A DNA stretch of 63,958 bases, the filler included, from Collodictyon triciliatum (taxonomy: Eukaryota), in assembly GCA_043381765.1 (NCBI GenBank). It is 6 parts of 6 records of this genome, joined end to end, with 100 filler letters (N's around TTAATTAATTAA, not from the genome) between each part and the next. Parts side by side here need not be neighbours in the genome. Positions count along the whole stretch, not along the records: positions 1 to 8,685 come from JBHJMP010000261.1; positions 8,786 to 30,587 come from JBHJMP010000262.1; 4 more parts are not named here. The stretch is one strand, 5' to 3'. This document shows, piece by piece, positions 1 through 25,800 of this stretch. The position numbers and the translations under genes are program-made. The number at the start of each line of letters is the position of its first letter. Position 1 is the stretch's first letter. The notes beneath the pieces were generated by a model. That model was given only the letters and a program-made list of their open reading frames with translations, did no database searches and was not told where the DNA came from.

Positions 1-545
1 CTGGTTGATTGGTTGCGTGGGTAGCAGGGGTTGGATATGCTGTGGGAGATATCGCACGACACATTCCCACATCTCTCTTCGCTTGCGGTCAGAGTAGCGA
101 AGAATACAGGCGTGCTTCAGCAGACTGTTCAGGAAGCTGTATTGCACATGCCTTTCCAGCCTCGATACATTGGTTTCTCGTTCGGGTGAATCATTAGAGC
201 GAGAGAATGCACACACACTCCATAAGAACTACAGCATATGTCCCCTTGTGACTGTCCAGAGTATTCTAGAGTCGTGGGTCATTTGGTATTGTGGGCCAAA
301 CAGAATGTCAGGCGCGCTGAGTCGGTTGGGAGCATAATCAAGCTCAGAGAGCATCTTGTGGGTGGGCTCTGTCACTTTTTGAGCAAGAGAGCACTTCAGA
401 ACTGTGTGTTCGATAGAGTCATCTCCACTATGGCACAAGGTGCATTCTGGAGAGGTCGTTGCTGCATGGACTACACACGCACCTATCCACAGCTCTCTGT
501 TGGAGATATTGAGAAGTAAGGAGCGAAGCAAACACCCATCTAATA
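1..545 (-). mobile_element. 5'-truncated, decayed non-LTR (LINE) retrotransposon, ORF2 C-terminal zf-RVT/CCHC region; runs off window start
   Basis: The minus frame reads ...LRSLLLNISNRELWIG...CTLCHSGDDSIEHTVLKCSLAQKV..., the CxxC...H...C pattern of the RT-associated zinc knuckle. A TAG at 229-231 interrupts it, after which the same frame continues open (FLWSVCAFSR...) to position 1. No introns; the 5' boundary is approximate (520-550). Confidence 0.7.
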
Positions 546-624
546 AACGGGAAAAAAAAATGCAGCGGGAAATGAAAAGGCCGATGAAGCGCGAGGATTG
601 CAGATGAATGAGACAAAACATTAC

Positions 625-697
625 CGCCCACCGTGGGGCTCGAACCCACGACCGTGAGGTTAAGAGCCTCACGCTCTACCGACTGAGCTAGACGGGC
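625..697 (-). tRNA. tRNA-Lys, anticodon CTT
   Basis: The reverse complement is GCCCGTCTAGCTCAGTCGGTAGAGCGTGAGGCTCTTAACCTCACGGTCGTGGGTTCGAGCCCCACGGTGGGCG: 73 nt, full cloverleaf, A and B boxes, anticodon stem TGAGG/CCTCA around CT-CTT-AA, T-runs downstream. Confidence 0.97.
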
Positions 698-1238
698 TTC
701 CTCGAAACTTGCGGAAATTAAAAATATACAAAATACTTATACTGGAACATTTTATTTCTTCACTCTTTTTTTTCCAAAGCGATATGAGGCCCACGTCGCA
801 CTCGTTTTTTTTGTTTACGATCTCCACCAACCACGATATCAGACAAGAGGCTGCCTCGTTTGCTCCGACTACGGATGGAAGAATGTCTCCGTCTTTGTGA
901 AGGGCGCTTCTCTTTTATTGAGTCTCTCCTGACGAAAGGAACTGTCTGTTGGACCAGTCTTTTCGGCTGCGCAATTCGTCCCTGTTCTTTTTGCTGCCTG
1001 CCCACCCGCGGCCAAAGGAGCCAACCTTCTCTGATCATAATATTCTCTTTTCTTTTCTTTTTCTCTCTCTCTCTCTCCCAATTGTTTTCCCTGTTGTCTT
1101 CTATTCAAAACTTTGATAGTTTCAGTCCGTGGTCAGTCATAACTACTGGTGAGGTTTAAACGCCAGAGTGAAAAGTTTGTCTAGAGTTCAAGTGCTTCCT
1201 GTTTGACCCTGGTTTCTTTTCACACCCTTTAGCAAAGG

Positions 1239-8424
<7,186 letters not shown>

Positions 8425-8601
8425 GTATATTATTCACTTCCCTTTAAAAAAAATTCACTTTATTTTTTTCCTTTATCCGATTTAAAGTGAATTTTACTTT
8501 ATTTTGAATTATTCGCCACCTTAATTTTTCATTTTATCTTTATCTCGACCCTTGTTTCTCTATATATTTATTCCAACTAGCTTAATTTCATTCGAGAAAT
8601 T

Positions 8602-8642
<41 letters not shown>

Positions 8643-8685
8643 AAAAAAACCTTTTTAAAAAAAAAAAAAAAAAAAAAACACAAAA

Positions 8686-8785
8686 NNNNNNNNNNNNNNN
8701 NNNNNNNNNNNNNNNNNNNNNNNNNNNNNTTAATTAATTAANNNNNNNNNNNNNNNNNNNNNNNNNNNNNNNNNNNNNNNNNNNN
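8686..8785. other. Artificial contig-joining spacer (N-run, TTAATTAATTAA at 8730-8741, N-run)
   Basis: The 12-mer has stops in all six frames and sits in Ns. The same construct recurs at 30632, 43287, 52814 and 60808, and genes are truncated at the joins. Confidence 0.95.
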
Positions 8786-8871
<86 letters not shown>

Positions 8872-8978
8872 TATTACTATTATTATTTCTGTGTGCATAA
8901 TAAATGTCAATTAAAGTTTTCATGATTATGTATGGGTAACTCTACTTTTGATTCCTTTTCCTCTATTTTCTTAAAAAG

Positions 8979-9793
8979 GTATAGAAGAGGACTCATTCAG
9001 ATGTTAATGGCTGGTTTCTTGCCATTTAGGTATCATTTATATATTTATTTCACTTTTCCACCTTGTGTGCGTCCCTACAGTTTGGTTACATGCGGCTACT
9101 CTTGTCTATCTTTCTTCTTTTTTTCTTCTTCAAAAAGGAACATAACATATTATTGTTTTTCCTTCCTGTTGTGATGTAGCGATCACCATGCTAAAATATG
9201 TTTCAATAACACAGTGCGATATATATTGAGCTGTATTACATCTTCGCCAGCGTCTGGGGCCACAAGCCATACACGCTATACGGAATTCTCTCAATCGTGT
9301 TTTTGATTTTGTTGATTGTTACTGCGTGCATCACAGTTGCCTTGACCTACTTCCAGCTGGCCATGGAAGACCATCGCTGGTGGTGGAGATCTTTCCTCAA
9401 CGGAGGGTGATGCGCTCTTTCATCATTTATTTGTTCATTAAACCGAGAAAGTACTCTTGCAGTCATGATAACTCTACGCACACTTCCAATCAGGCACACA
9501 AAAACTAAAAATATTGAAATAAACAACAAAACAAATCGTTCAAGAAGCCCATCGATTTCCTGTGTATTAATAAAACTCTGTTCACATCTAGGTCGACTGC
9601 ATTCTTTGTGTTTGCTTACTCAATCTTTTACTACTACAACCGCTCCGATATGTCTGGTTTCCAGCAAAAGGTGTTCTACTTTGGGTATATGTTTATATTC
9701 TCGTTTGCCTTCTTCATCATGCTGGGCACCGTCGGGTTCTCTGCCTCTCTGATGTTTGTCAAAAGGATCTATCGTGGACTCAAAGTTGACTAG
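8979..9793 (+). CDS. Transmembrane 9 superfamily protein (TM9SF1-like), last three exons only
   Basis: [25 protein letters not shown]...[36 protein letters not shown]...[22 protein letters not shown]: hallmark nonaspanin C-terminus with a KxD end. Confidence 0.93.
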
Positions 9794-10846
9794 AAAAAAA
9801 ATTCCCGATGAAAACACAGAGAAAAAAACGTAGCAAATCAAATTCTATAAAGACAAAAAGAAAAAAAAGTCTCGGTTGGCAATTAATTAATTATATATTT
9901 ATTTTTGTACGAACCTGGCGAATGTTGGACGAAACACTAATTAAAATTGGCGTTCGTTTGGTATTCGACTTTCGATAGTGAAGAATCGGTGTAAAAAAAA
10001 TATCTTTGTCAGTCTTGTTTAGGTTTATTTTCTAAAGCATGAGATTCGGATTTTCAATGCAACAACCGTTACGCGCTGCATTCGGGGGAGACTGGAGCCA
10101 ATCACTATGACATAAAGGAATACACCACGTAACCATACCATTTCAGATTGATTCAGTGATTATTGGGAAAAAATACACTCCCATAAATCAAGGAATTCTA
10201 TTTCTGGATATTTTGCACACGCCATTTTCACTCTGCCTGTGTTTGATCAACCCGCGAGCCAATTTCGCGCCCCGATGAAAGCGAAGAGCCTGGGCGTGTG
10301 GCATCGTTTGTGGGGTTTGATCATTTCTCAGCGCCACAAGACGTTCATGAGACGCGCATGTCTGTCTTTTGGGAAGGAGAGAAACTGGGACGCGCATGCC
10401 AACAACTGCTATTATTATGTTACAGGATGTGTGCACTACTTTTGATTTTCTTATTTACTTTTTTTACTTTCTCTTTTCTCTCTTTTTCTCTCCGTCGCTG
10501 TATTCTAAGCCGCTGCTCCTTTGTGCCTTTGCCCAAAACTTGGTTTGAGGTGTAGTTCAAAGCTGCAGTCTCTTTCCTTTTCCTTTTGTTTCCTTTTGTT
10601 TCCTTTTGTTCTGTTTCTTTTTCGATCCACTTCCTGTACAAAACCAGGATCTTACATTTCTTTGACCCTTGTAAAGCACTGTTTCAGGATCAAGTCATCC
10701 GACAACAAAGCATAGATATCTACCTCGCTTTTTCTTTTCAAAAAAAAAAACATTTGCAATTAAAGTCCGTGTACCAATCACGTTGAGTAACCATTGTAAT
10801 ACTGAAATATTCGCTCCAATAGAATACTTCCTCAGATCCTCATTCG

Positions 10847-15954
<5,108 letters not shown>

Positions 15955-17552
15955 TTGCAATTTTTCACGCTATCTCCTATCGTCCTTTCTGACCCTCCCT
16001 TATTATGTTCTCATTCACTCGTTTTCGACTCTGAATTGATATACGTTTGTTTTTCCTCTTCCTTTTCCACTTTGTTCCGTTCTCGTAGTCTCACACACCC
16101 AAAGTTGCATTAAGCCAATACATCTGCAGCAGTTTCCATCGCCCTGCGTTTCAATCTCCAGCTTTTCTTTATAGATATAAACAAAACCGCTCCAGGTCAC
16201 GACTTTATTGGTTGCCATGTCTTTCCATCTGAATGTTGCCTGTTTTTCTCTTTTCTTTTCATTTTTTTGTTTTTTTTGTTTTTTTGTTGTTTTTTTTGTA
16301 ATTTTGTACTTTGTCTTTATTTATACGAGAGCCATAAACTGAGTCTCAACGGTGACATCGCTGCATATACATTAAATAAATTGCATAATATTCTATCAAT
16401 AATCTGATTGTGTTAAGGGTAGATTTAGATCTACACAGACATGCCCACTTAAATAAGATGATTTCCACATATTGATACGGATGCAGATTTGGGTCAAGGC
16501 AACGAAATGTATCTTCCACAAGTGAATTCCGTTACTTTTCCAAGAGCGGAAGCAAATCTCTTCACTTTATCCACAACGGGAGAAATAGATCTTTCATATA
16601 TCCTAAACCAGAATATTACCCAATACGAATGATAAAAATATCGGGAATATTCCATATATGTACATGCTCGTGCGCGATATTTTTTGTTTACTTTCATTTT
16701 TGTTTTCTTTCGCTGCACCTTTGGAATCTGCATTCGCGACATTTCCCGCGAGCCAAAGTGGTGCGTCCATTCACAGACACAGCAATACAAGAGGTTCGGG
16801 GCGGAAATGCCTGTGGGGGCCGGGCGATTCCAAAGGCCAGTGAAAGTAGTGTGCGATGGTGCGTCGATGGGTTCGTGGCTGCGTGGCTGTTGTTTTCGTG
16901 GTGATTCTGGCGCTTTGCTTCGTGCACAAAGTCTTTGCTGCGCCCTGTTCTGTTTATGTTGCCTTGCTTGACTATGTTTGGCCTTTGTTGTTTTCGTCTG
17001 CTCTTTGTATTATTTTCCACCTTTTCTTTTTTTCTGCTTTTTTTTTTAAGGTCATGTTTTTTTTTTCTTTTCTTAAACGATTATGTGTTTACTTGTCTAT
17101 TGTTTCTTTGGTTTTTATTTTATTTTGTTTATGCTTCCTGCTAGTCGACTTGCACTGATCGATCTGCATTTCTTGCCGCGTCAAGTCGAGCCCCAGCCAA
17201 ACAATCGCACAGAGGCGCAAGCAGCTTCCAGTCCAGGCTCAGAGTAATTTCACTTTCTCTGCGCGTTTCTTTTCCGATGCTTCAAAGTCGTAATCGTCGG
17301 GAATGAACCTCCGCAAAGCATGAAAACATGCCAATACCCTTTTGTTGTTATATTGCACAAAACCCAAACCAGAGGATAAACCGAAAGTTGTATAGTAAAA
17401 ATAATCGAAAAAAAAGTGATAATTGAGCAAGCAGACGATGAAAAATAAATTAACGATCGATTAAAAAAAAAAGAAAAAGAAAAGGGCTATAATTACGCGA
17501 TCTGTTTTTTACTTAGATTTTCTCGCACCCGCTGTCCAAAAAGAAAAAGAAA

Positions 17553-17670
<118 letters not shown>

Positions 17671-17763
17671 ACTCTGACAAGCTTATGTAACTTTGCAGTG
17701 AGCGAACCACCTCGATCCACCAAAGTCTCAAACAGTCCGCCGGATCGCACAGACGAGCAAAAT

Positions 17764-20700
17764 ATGGCGGGTGAAGGCTACGGCGTGTACTATTTTCTTC
17801 GTTTTCTAACCAGGGTTTGTTTCAGAAAAAGAAAAAGAAAAAGAAAAAGAAAAAGAATCTAAAGCTGTTATTTTTTTGATCAAATGTATGTATATGTCCT
17901 CTGATTGATAAACACAATCAAGTTGCCTTTCTCAATCTTTTGATCGGTCATCCTTTCTTTTTCTTTTGATTGCCTCGATTCTGCACATACATAAAAAAAA
18001 ATAATAATCATGTATCATTTACTAACTGTCATGAAACGTAATTTTAGATTATAATGCTTGTTTTCTTTCGTGATGTGGAGATCATCGGCGTAGAAAACAT
18101 TCCTATCTCTGGTGGTGTTATTCTTGCTGGGAATCACTTTAACCAATTTGTAGATGGGATGCTTCTTATGACCGCATGTCCGAGGTTGTTCAAACCACAC
18201 ACATATCACTCTCCATTCAATTATTTACCCCATTTTTTTCTAATTGACAAATTGTCTCATAGTATTTCTTGAATCAATAATTGACCATTATTAGACCCGT
18301 GGTCTTCATCGCTGCAGCAAAGTCCATGAAGAGGCCGTTTATTGGATGGTTTGGTCGCAAAATCAAAGCCCTCCCGGTTGTTAGGCCACAAGACGAGGCA
18401 AAACCCGGACCAGGTAACCGGATTGATCATCTACACAGCAACTTACACCTTCCATTCCCTATGTATATCTTATGGACTACTGGGTCCTAAAAGTATCTGC
18501 GATACATACAGAAAGTCACGATATGTCACAATCATGGGAGACGCTTACAATTTTCAATTTAGAATACTGCAATTCCATCTTATGCATGCATTATTCAGGT
18601 AAAATATCCGTGAATCTCACTACCGTGATGGGAACAGACACGAAATTCACAACAACATGCGAAGTCGGCGGTTCCATCATGGTGGTGAACATTGAAACGC
18701 CGGCAAGGGTACGTCACAAGACATATCAATATTATCATAAAATAACAGGATATATGCTGCAGTGACAAACCTTACGAGATTGACAAGTATTTTTTTTTTA
18801 ATAAGAATATGCCAGGAAATATTCCTAAACCTGTAGAAAGTTATGTATATGTTGACGGTATTGCTGGCATGAACTTTCGCAGTTAATAAGTATTCAATCT
18901 TTCCTTCGCCTCAGATAGAGCAAATTGTCTCAGATACTGAAATCATCCTGAGCGATCCATTCCCAGCTCTTCTATCCGATGTTGGTTACAAATGTCTGCG
19001 GAAGGTTGATCAGAAGGAGCTCTTTCAAAGCGTTTGGAATTCTCTCCATGACGGAAATTGCATTGGAATTTTTCCTGAGGTATTCCTCGAATTCCTTATG
19101 ACTTTGACTTGATATAGCACTTCAACAACTTTTTTGACCTAAGCCAATGTGTCGACCCTAGTGAGATGCAAAATAAGAATAAGAATAGTAAAAATAATCT
19201 AAATTCAATATTCCTATTCTTTACTCAAGGGGGGTTCGCATGACCGAAGTGTAAGAATTTCACCAGACCTCATTTTACTCGCCATAAACGTTTCCTGTTC
19301 ATGCATATGTGAGCTTGTGAACCCCCTTTAGCCCAAATGACAACAATTTTCGTGTCTGAATTCATCACCAGGACCTTTTGCCGCTGAAGGCTGGTATCGC
19401 CATAATGTCTCTAGGGTATGTAGATCGCTATCAAGAACAATCTGTTATAGTCCCGTGCGGCTTTACGTACTTTCAGGGAGATAGATTTCGTGGTCAGGTG
19501 AATTATAAACCATCGTGTTTGACATGAACTTATATTTACTATGGTTCCACCCAACTTTTTTTTATTTTCAATCAGACCAAGAAGTTTTGTGCAGATGAGA
19601 TAGCGTCGTCATTTATATTTATTTATTTGTTGGGCCGTTTTTGCAGATTTCATATCTATTATTACCATCATAGGTTGTCATTGAGTTCGGACCACCCGTT
19701 GTAATTCCTCCTGAGGCTGAGCTCGTAGAATTGTATAAAACAAACAGGAAGACAGCGTTCAGGTTTTCAGAAAAATAACTGAAAATGCTAAAAAAATGAT
19801 AAAAAATGATAAAAAATGCTAAAAATGATAAAAAAAGAGAATAAGAGAAACCCTTTGTAATGTTAATATCTTAATATGGGTAGCCAATTCCTCAAAATTA
19901 CCAAGGAAAACATGGAGGCAGTTGCAGTCACAGCACCATCTTACGACGACCTTTGTGCTTTCCATACTGCCAGGAAAATATACCAAGTTCTGGGTTTCCA
20001 TATTTTACACGCTTTTAAGCTCCAAACTAAATTTACTTTTTTTTTTTATATATTTCAATCCCTGAAGGCTGAGACAGGACAGGTCATGAAGCCAACACAA
20101 CGGGCACAGGTTTGGGTCTATTACATCGAAGAAATAAAAGATAAAATGTGACAGGATTCCGTTAGTTGGTTGGCATTTACAGAAAAGAAGTAATGATAAC
20201 CTAAATATTTGAACCGCAATATATTTCCTTTGTCTTTCGGGAAATAGCTTCTGAAGAAAATGTCTTACTACTACCGAACCACTTCCGAGTCAGATGAGAT
20301 GAAGATGCTGAAAGAAAGGTATATGTTATATCATGGATATTCTCCATCCATATTTATTACATCTAAACATACACTTTTTTGTCACTATCTTTGGAAGATA
20401 TCATAAATAATTTCTAAAAACGGGATAAAAAGATTTTTTTTTTCAACTCTACTCTTATATCGCACCAGATTATTGGAATTCAAAGCAAGATTAGATAGCC
20501 TTGGAATCATGGAAGGCCAACTCCGCGACCTGAGCACGTCTTACTGGAAAGCATTACCTCTGTTGCTTTACAGGTTTGTGCACCTGAAGACAGCCTTTCT
20601 TTGTTAAAACCGAGTCTTTTTCTTTTAATGACCACAAAGGACTTGAGTTGTTAGCACAATAGCATATCTATATGACTGGCAATTACTCATCTCCCTTACC

Positions 20701-22177
20701 TTAATGCAATCCTAGACTTTTATTCTTGGTCACTCTCTTTCTTTTATCACTCCCTGGGGTACTAGTCAACATTCCTGCTGGCTTAATTTGCCAACACCTC
20801 GCTGGTATTTTTTAGTTTATTTTTGTTTCATTCGGTTTTTGGAAAAATCTTCCTGAAAAAAAAAAAACTCACTGATTTCTGACTGAACCATACTCATTTC
20901 CAAAATGTAGACAAGGAAATGAAAAGTGCGAAGGCTAATTCCAACGTGAAAATTGAAGGAAAAGATGTGGTATGTTTGCCGTCACAGTATCTTTACGTTT
21001 TTGTTGTGTGTTTTTTTTTTTAATGCTATTATGTTAATGCCTCTCACTCTTGCACTCACCCCTTCCTTTTTTTATATATTAATTAGAGAGGAATCAACAT
21101 ATGTACGTTTCATAAGTCTAGTCACATTAAATCGAGTATATACCAGGTTGCAAGCTACAAGCTCATTGTCGGGTTTCTTGTATTCCCGCTTCTATACTTC
21201 GTGTACACGATCATCTCCATTTTCATAGTAGCATTTTTGATGGAAGGCAACCTACGGTACGTTGTGTTTGAACGATGGCCGCCGTATTCTTCGTGCTTTC
21301 TTTACTCCCACGCTCTTGATATTCTTCTAACAAATACTTACTGTAATCGGTTCATACCTAATGCTTTTCTTACTCTAAAGCTGGGTTTGGCCGGTTGTCG
21401 TGTTCGTCGGGTTGCCTTTCTTTTCATACGCTTCTGTGAAAGTGGCCGAAAACTGGGTCATGTTGCTGTCGTCTCTCCCGCCATTGGTTTGTCCTCATAG
21501 AATTTGAGAGAAAATATGCAACTTCTTTTTTCCAGCTTACGGAGTAGTAATAGATTGCTTGCACTTGATACATCGCACTTCACAATCCGAAGGCCGACAA
21601 AAATAACTCAATGAAAACGGATTACTACTGTTTCTCTATTAAAAAAACATATTTTTCATACATCAGATTTTACTCATAAATCCATTTGCCAAGCATAAGC
21701 GACAGGGTATTTTTTTTTTTTCAAATATAAGCTCCTGGATTTTCCTTTGCATATGGACATCTGTTTTGTTTTGTCTCATCTTTCATGCACTTTCTCTCTT
21801 TCGAACAGAATTGATCCGTTTGCAAGAAGGTCTCTTTCAGGACGTGAACAAGTTTGTTGGGCGAGCAAGAAGCTCTCTCATTTTAACCACGCCGGGTAAT
21901 AGTAACAAACAAAACAAAACAAAACAAAACAAAACAAAACAAAACAAAACAAAACAAAACAAAACAAAACAAAACAAAACAAAACAAAACAAAACAAAAC
22001 AAAACAAAACAAAACAAAACAGCAACTCAAGACTGTCAACTTGCAAAATTTTAATTTGTTTGAACAATACTTGTAGTTGTCGTTGCTCGTAATGCAAACA
22101 AAGTGGTGCCGTCAATAAATGAAAGCGAGGAAAAGGAGGAGGTAGAAATAGTGATTAAGCGTTCCTCCAAAGTCTAA
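17764..22177 (+). CDS. Glycerol-3-phosphate/DHAP O-acyltransferase, Sct1/Gpt2-type (PlsC fold), about 18 exons
   Basis: Acyltransferase motifs GNHFNQFVDG, IAAAKSMKRPFIG, LPVVRPQD, IGIFPE|GGSHDRS|DLLPLKAGIA, VPCGFTYF, VIEFGPP; C-terminal TM helices; the spliced frame can be followed to TAA at 22175-22177. Confidence 0.92.
21906..22020. repeat. (AAAAC)n intronic microsatellite
   Basis: Visible directly in the last GPAT intron; the same unit occurs at about 32127-32210. Confidence 0.95.
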
Positions 22178-22841
22178 TAGAGTTGCTTTTACCACACCCT
22201 CTGCTAAGAAGCAATCGTCAGAATATATTTGCTTTGCTACTTGAGTTGTGTCCAAATGACGTTTCCCTTTTGCATATTCTTACGTGGAATGCATCCATCT
22301 GTGTGACATCCAATCCAATTCATTCCCTTTTTTTTCTAAAAGATGGGCTCTTTTGTTACTTACTCATGTCTTATCCTAAAAATATGCTGTAATTCTACTT
22401 TGTTTCACAACATTTTATTAATAAAAAAAAACGAAGGAAAAATAGGTACACTTGGGTATTCTCACCAAACGAATCTCATTCTGCGATAAGCAGCATTTTT
22501 ACTCTTATATTCTTTAGAAGAAAAAAAAGGCATTTTCCCACATTTTCATATTTTTTTATTACATGGATAATCCCGGAATTATTCATACTTCTCATTCAGA
22601 GACGTATAACCTGCATGTCGTGCTCATTATTATTTTTTTACTCATCCCGATTCAATTCATCGAATATCCCAACAAAAACAAAAACAAGAACAAAAACAAA
22701 AAACAAACACAAAAACAAAAACAAAAAGCCATCTTTCCCGTGTCAGAGAATCAAGTAACCACATCGAAAGCGAGAGGCAGCACGACGACTGTGAAGGTAC
22801 GTATAATCAACATGAGAGCCACAGAGAACGGAGCGGTGAGC

Positions 22842-25800
22842 CTAATCCATGTCAGACTCAACCGGAGCCGCCTTTGTCTCGCTCGAAGCTGTTGTTTGTG
22901 GACGCAGAGACTTTTGTGGAGAGCGTGTTCTTTCGATGGCCATTTTGCGGCCCTCGACAAATATGTTTACTGCGTCAGCCATGCTCGGTAGCTCGTGTAT
23001 CTTGATGGGTTCTGGTGTGTTAGTGCGACTGCGATTCAAGAATGGTTAAAAGAATGATTAAAAGAATGATTAAAATGACGATTAAAATGACGATTAAAAT
23101 GATGATTAAAAGAATGATTAAAATAATGATTAAAAGAATGATTAAAAGAATGATTAAAAGAATGATTAAAAGAATGATTAAAAGAATGATTAAAATGATG
23201 ATTAAAATGACGATTAAAATGACGATTAAAATGATGATTAAAAGAATGATTAAAAGAATGATTAAAATAATGATTAAAAGAATGATTAAAATAATGATTA
23301 AAAGAATGATTAAAAGAATGATTAAAAGAATGATTAAAAGAATGATTAAAAAGATGATTAAAATGACGATTAAAATGACGATTAAAATGACGATTAAAAT
23401 GACGATTAAAATGACGATTAAAATGACGATTAAAATGACGATTAAAATGATGATTAAAAGAACGGTTAAAAGAATGGTTAAAAGAATGATTAAAAGAATG
23501 ATTAAGATTAAAAGAATGGTTAAAAGAATGGTTAAAAGAATGATTAAAATGACGATTAAAATGACGATTAAAATGACGATTAAAAGAATGGTTAAAAGAA
23601 TGATTAAAAGAATGATTAAAAGAATGATTAAAAGAATGATTAAAAGAATGATTAAAAGAATGATTAAAAGAATGATTAAAAGAATGATTAAAAGAATGAT
23701 TAAAAGAATGATTAAAATGACGATTAAAAGAATGATTAAAAGAATGATTAAAAGAAAACAAAACAAATAAGAATACTATAAAGGAAAAGAAGACTGGCAT
23801 GATAAGATGAAAGAATCTATGACAAACCTCATCCTTGTAAATCAAAGTCCACCGGCCTGTATCAAAGTTTGTCGAATAGATTGGCAATACGGTGCTTTGG
23901 TCACACATTTGTGAATTATCATCGACATCCTCCTGAGCCCTGCAGCATTGCGAGTTGGCATTGTCTTCTTTGCTCAATGCAAACCCAGTTCCAGAAGGCC
24001 TTGCGGGGCTTTCAGGAGATTCGCACATGACCGCAGAGGCCGCTGATTCCTCTGGGCCTGTGGATGCTTCGGCCGCTGCAGTCTGTTCGTTGCTTTCTGT
24101 CTGCATGACCGCATTTTCTTTGGCAGGATTTAGAGTCGCCACGGATTGAGTTGCAGTTTCTGCGCTTGTGTTGGTTGCATTTGGTGGCTTTGAGGGATAC
24201 TCTGGCCTATTTTCAAGCAGTGAGGTGTCGCTGCTTGATTCTGTGAGGAGCTGTAGCTCGACTCTTCCAAGCAGGTCCTGGAGCAACTGGGAGATTACTG
24301 AATCATCATCACCATCGTACAATACATGTATAGATTCACCGCTAGGACTTTGAGAACGGCGTGGTGTTTTGGTTGGGTCACTAGGTACACGTTTCGTTGA
24401 CAAGTCTGCTGATGGTTGCTGCTGCTGCTGTTGTTGTTGTTGCTTTTGTTCTTGTTGTTTTTGTTCGCGAGTGGGGCCTTGGTTTTTCGCTCGGGAGGCA
24501 TTCTCTTGGGTTGAGGAAGGATAATCGACGACAACTATACGCGTGGAGCACAAAAGATACATATTCATGCTTCTGCGTAGATAGCTAATGGATGTCTGTG
24601 ACAAAAGCCACGTAAACGGTTTTGATATGTGCGCAGACTGGTACCTTTGATGATGTCACGAAGCATCTTCCCGGCGAGTGTTGGCGATGCTCGAAGACCA
24701 GGAGAGGCATTCACTTCAATAATCCATGGATTTCCGCACTCGTCAATAATAAAGTCTACGCCATACAACTCACACGTGTTCTGCATGGTTCATTAAGACA
24801 TGGGTACGTTTTCGGTCTGAAGTGTGAGTGGATAACTAACTTTCATTCAGTCAGTCGTGCATGTAATAATAATTTACCACTCTTTGTCGAACGTATGGCT
24901 GGCAGCATCGAAAGGCCCAAGTCACTATATTCTTCATGGCAGGTTTAGCCATTTTATCCCAAAGAAAGTCATCTCCGTTTTCCTCTCTAGTTGGTAATAG
25001 ATTATAAATACAGACCTGTAATGAAAAAAAAGGGAACATTTTAAATCATTTTAAAGATTAGCAGTGTCTTTCATGAAACCTCAGATATTTTATGAACTCT
25101 TCCGATGTCCATGAAATATCAGCATTCTCCTGGTGAAGATTCTTTTCATTTTGCTTTTGGACGCTATAATTGCAGAGATGCACGAACCTGAAGATGAAAT
25201 TTAATCTAATGAACACAACAAACTATAGCAGCTCAGTGATACTAGTGTAAGCCTTTACGCATTTTGTGGAGCAGATTGTAAATGGAAACATACCCAAATA
25301 ACTTATGAATTAAAAAAAAAAACAAGAAACAAAAGACGAGAACAGAAAAGAAAACGAAAGTTGCAAATCGGTTACTTGTTTTCAGGGTCATCCAAATTGA
25401 ACAACTCTGTAGCAAAGCGCACTACACAATCCTCGTAGAACCAAATTGTAAGAGGCTCCCATGATGTGACCAAAACCCACTGCCTTATGTCAAATTTTCT
25501 TCCTTTCACCAGCAGAGGATTTTCAATGTACTTTTGAACAACACGGGCATTTTCGTTCCTACCAAGCAGAATTCCTTTCAAATCGGTCAAGCAACGCACA
25601 CCTGCGGTGATGATTAGCTAATTACACAAACATTTATAAATATTTTATTTTTGTGAATCCTAAAATTCTTTTTCAATATCGTTTTTGTTTTTCGTGTTTT
25701 TTTTGTTTTGCTCTTGTCTTTGTGCGTTTGCATGCATATGATTACCAAATCCCTTCGATGAACCCGAAGGCTTTACAACCCATAATCCGTGCGTCCCATT

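Noticed and set aside
229-231. Stop-codon reassignment suggested by in-frame TAG, TAA and TGA in coding-like segments
   Set aside because: Intact genes end in TAG (9791) and TAA (15952, 22175), and their long exons contain no internal stops; the interrupted segments are decayed.
8730-8741. Recurrent TTAATTAATTAA palindrome-like motif (five copies)
   Set aside because: Always embedded in N-runs of the same total length; it is an assembly spacer, so adjacency of genes across it has no biological meaning.
23041-23757. CRISPR-like array or real 242-248 aa proteins from the 12-mer repeat
   Set aside because: There are no unique spacers, the context is a eukaryotic intron, and the ORFs are by-products of the repeat.
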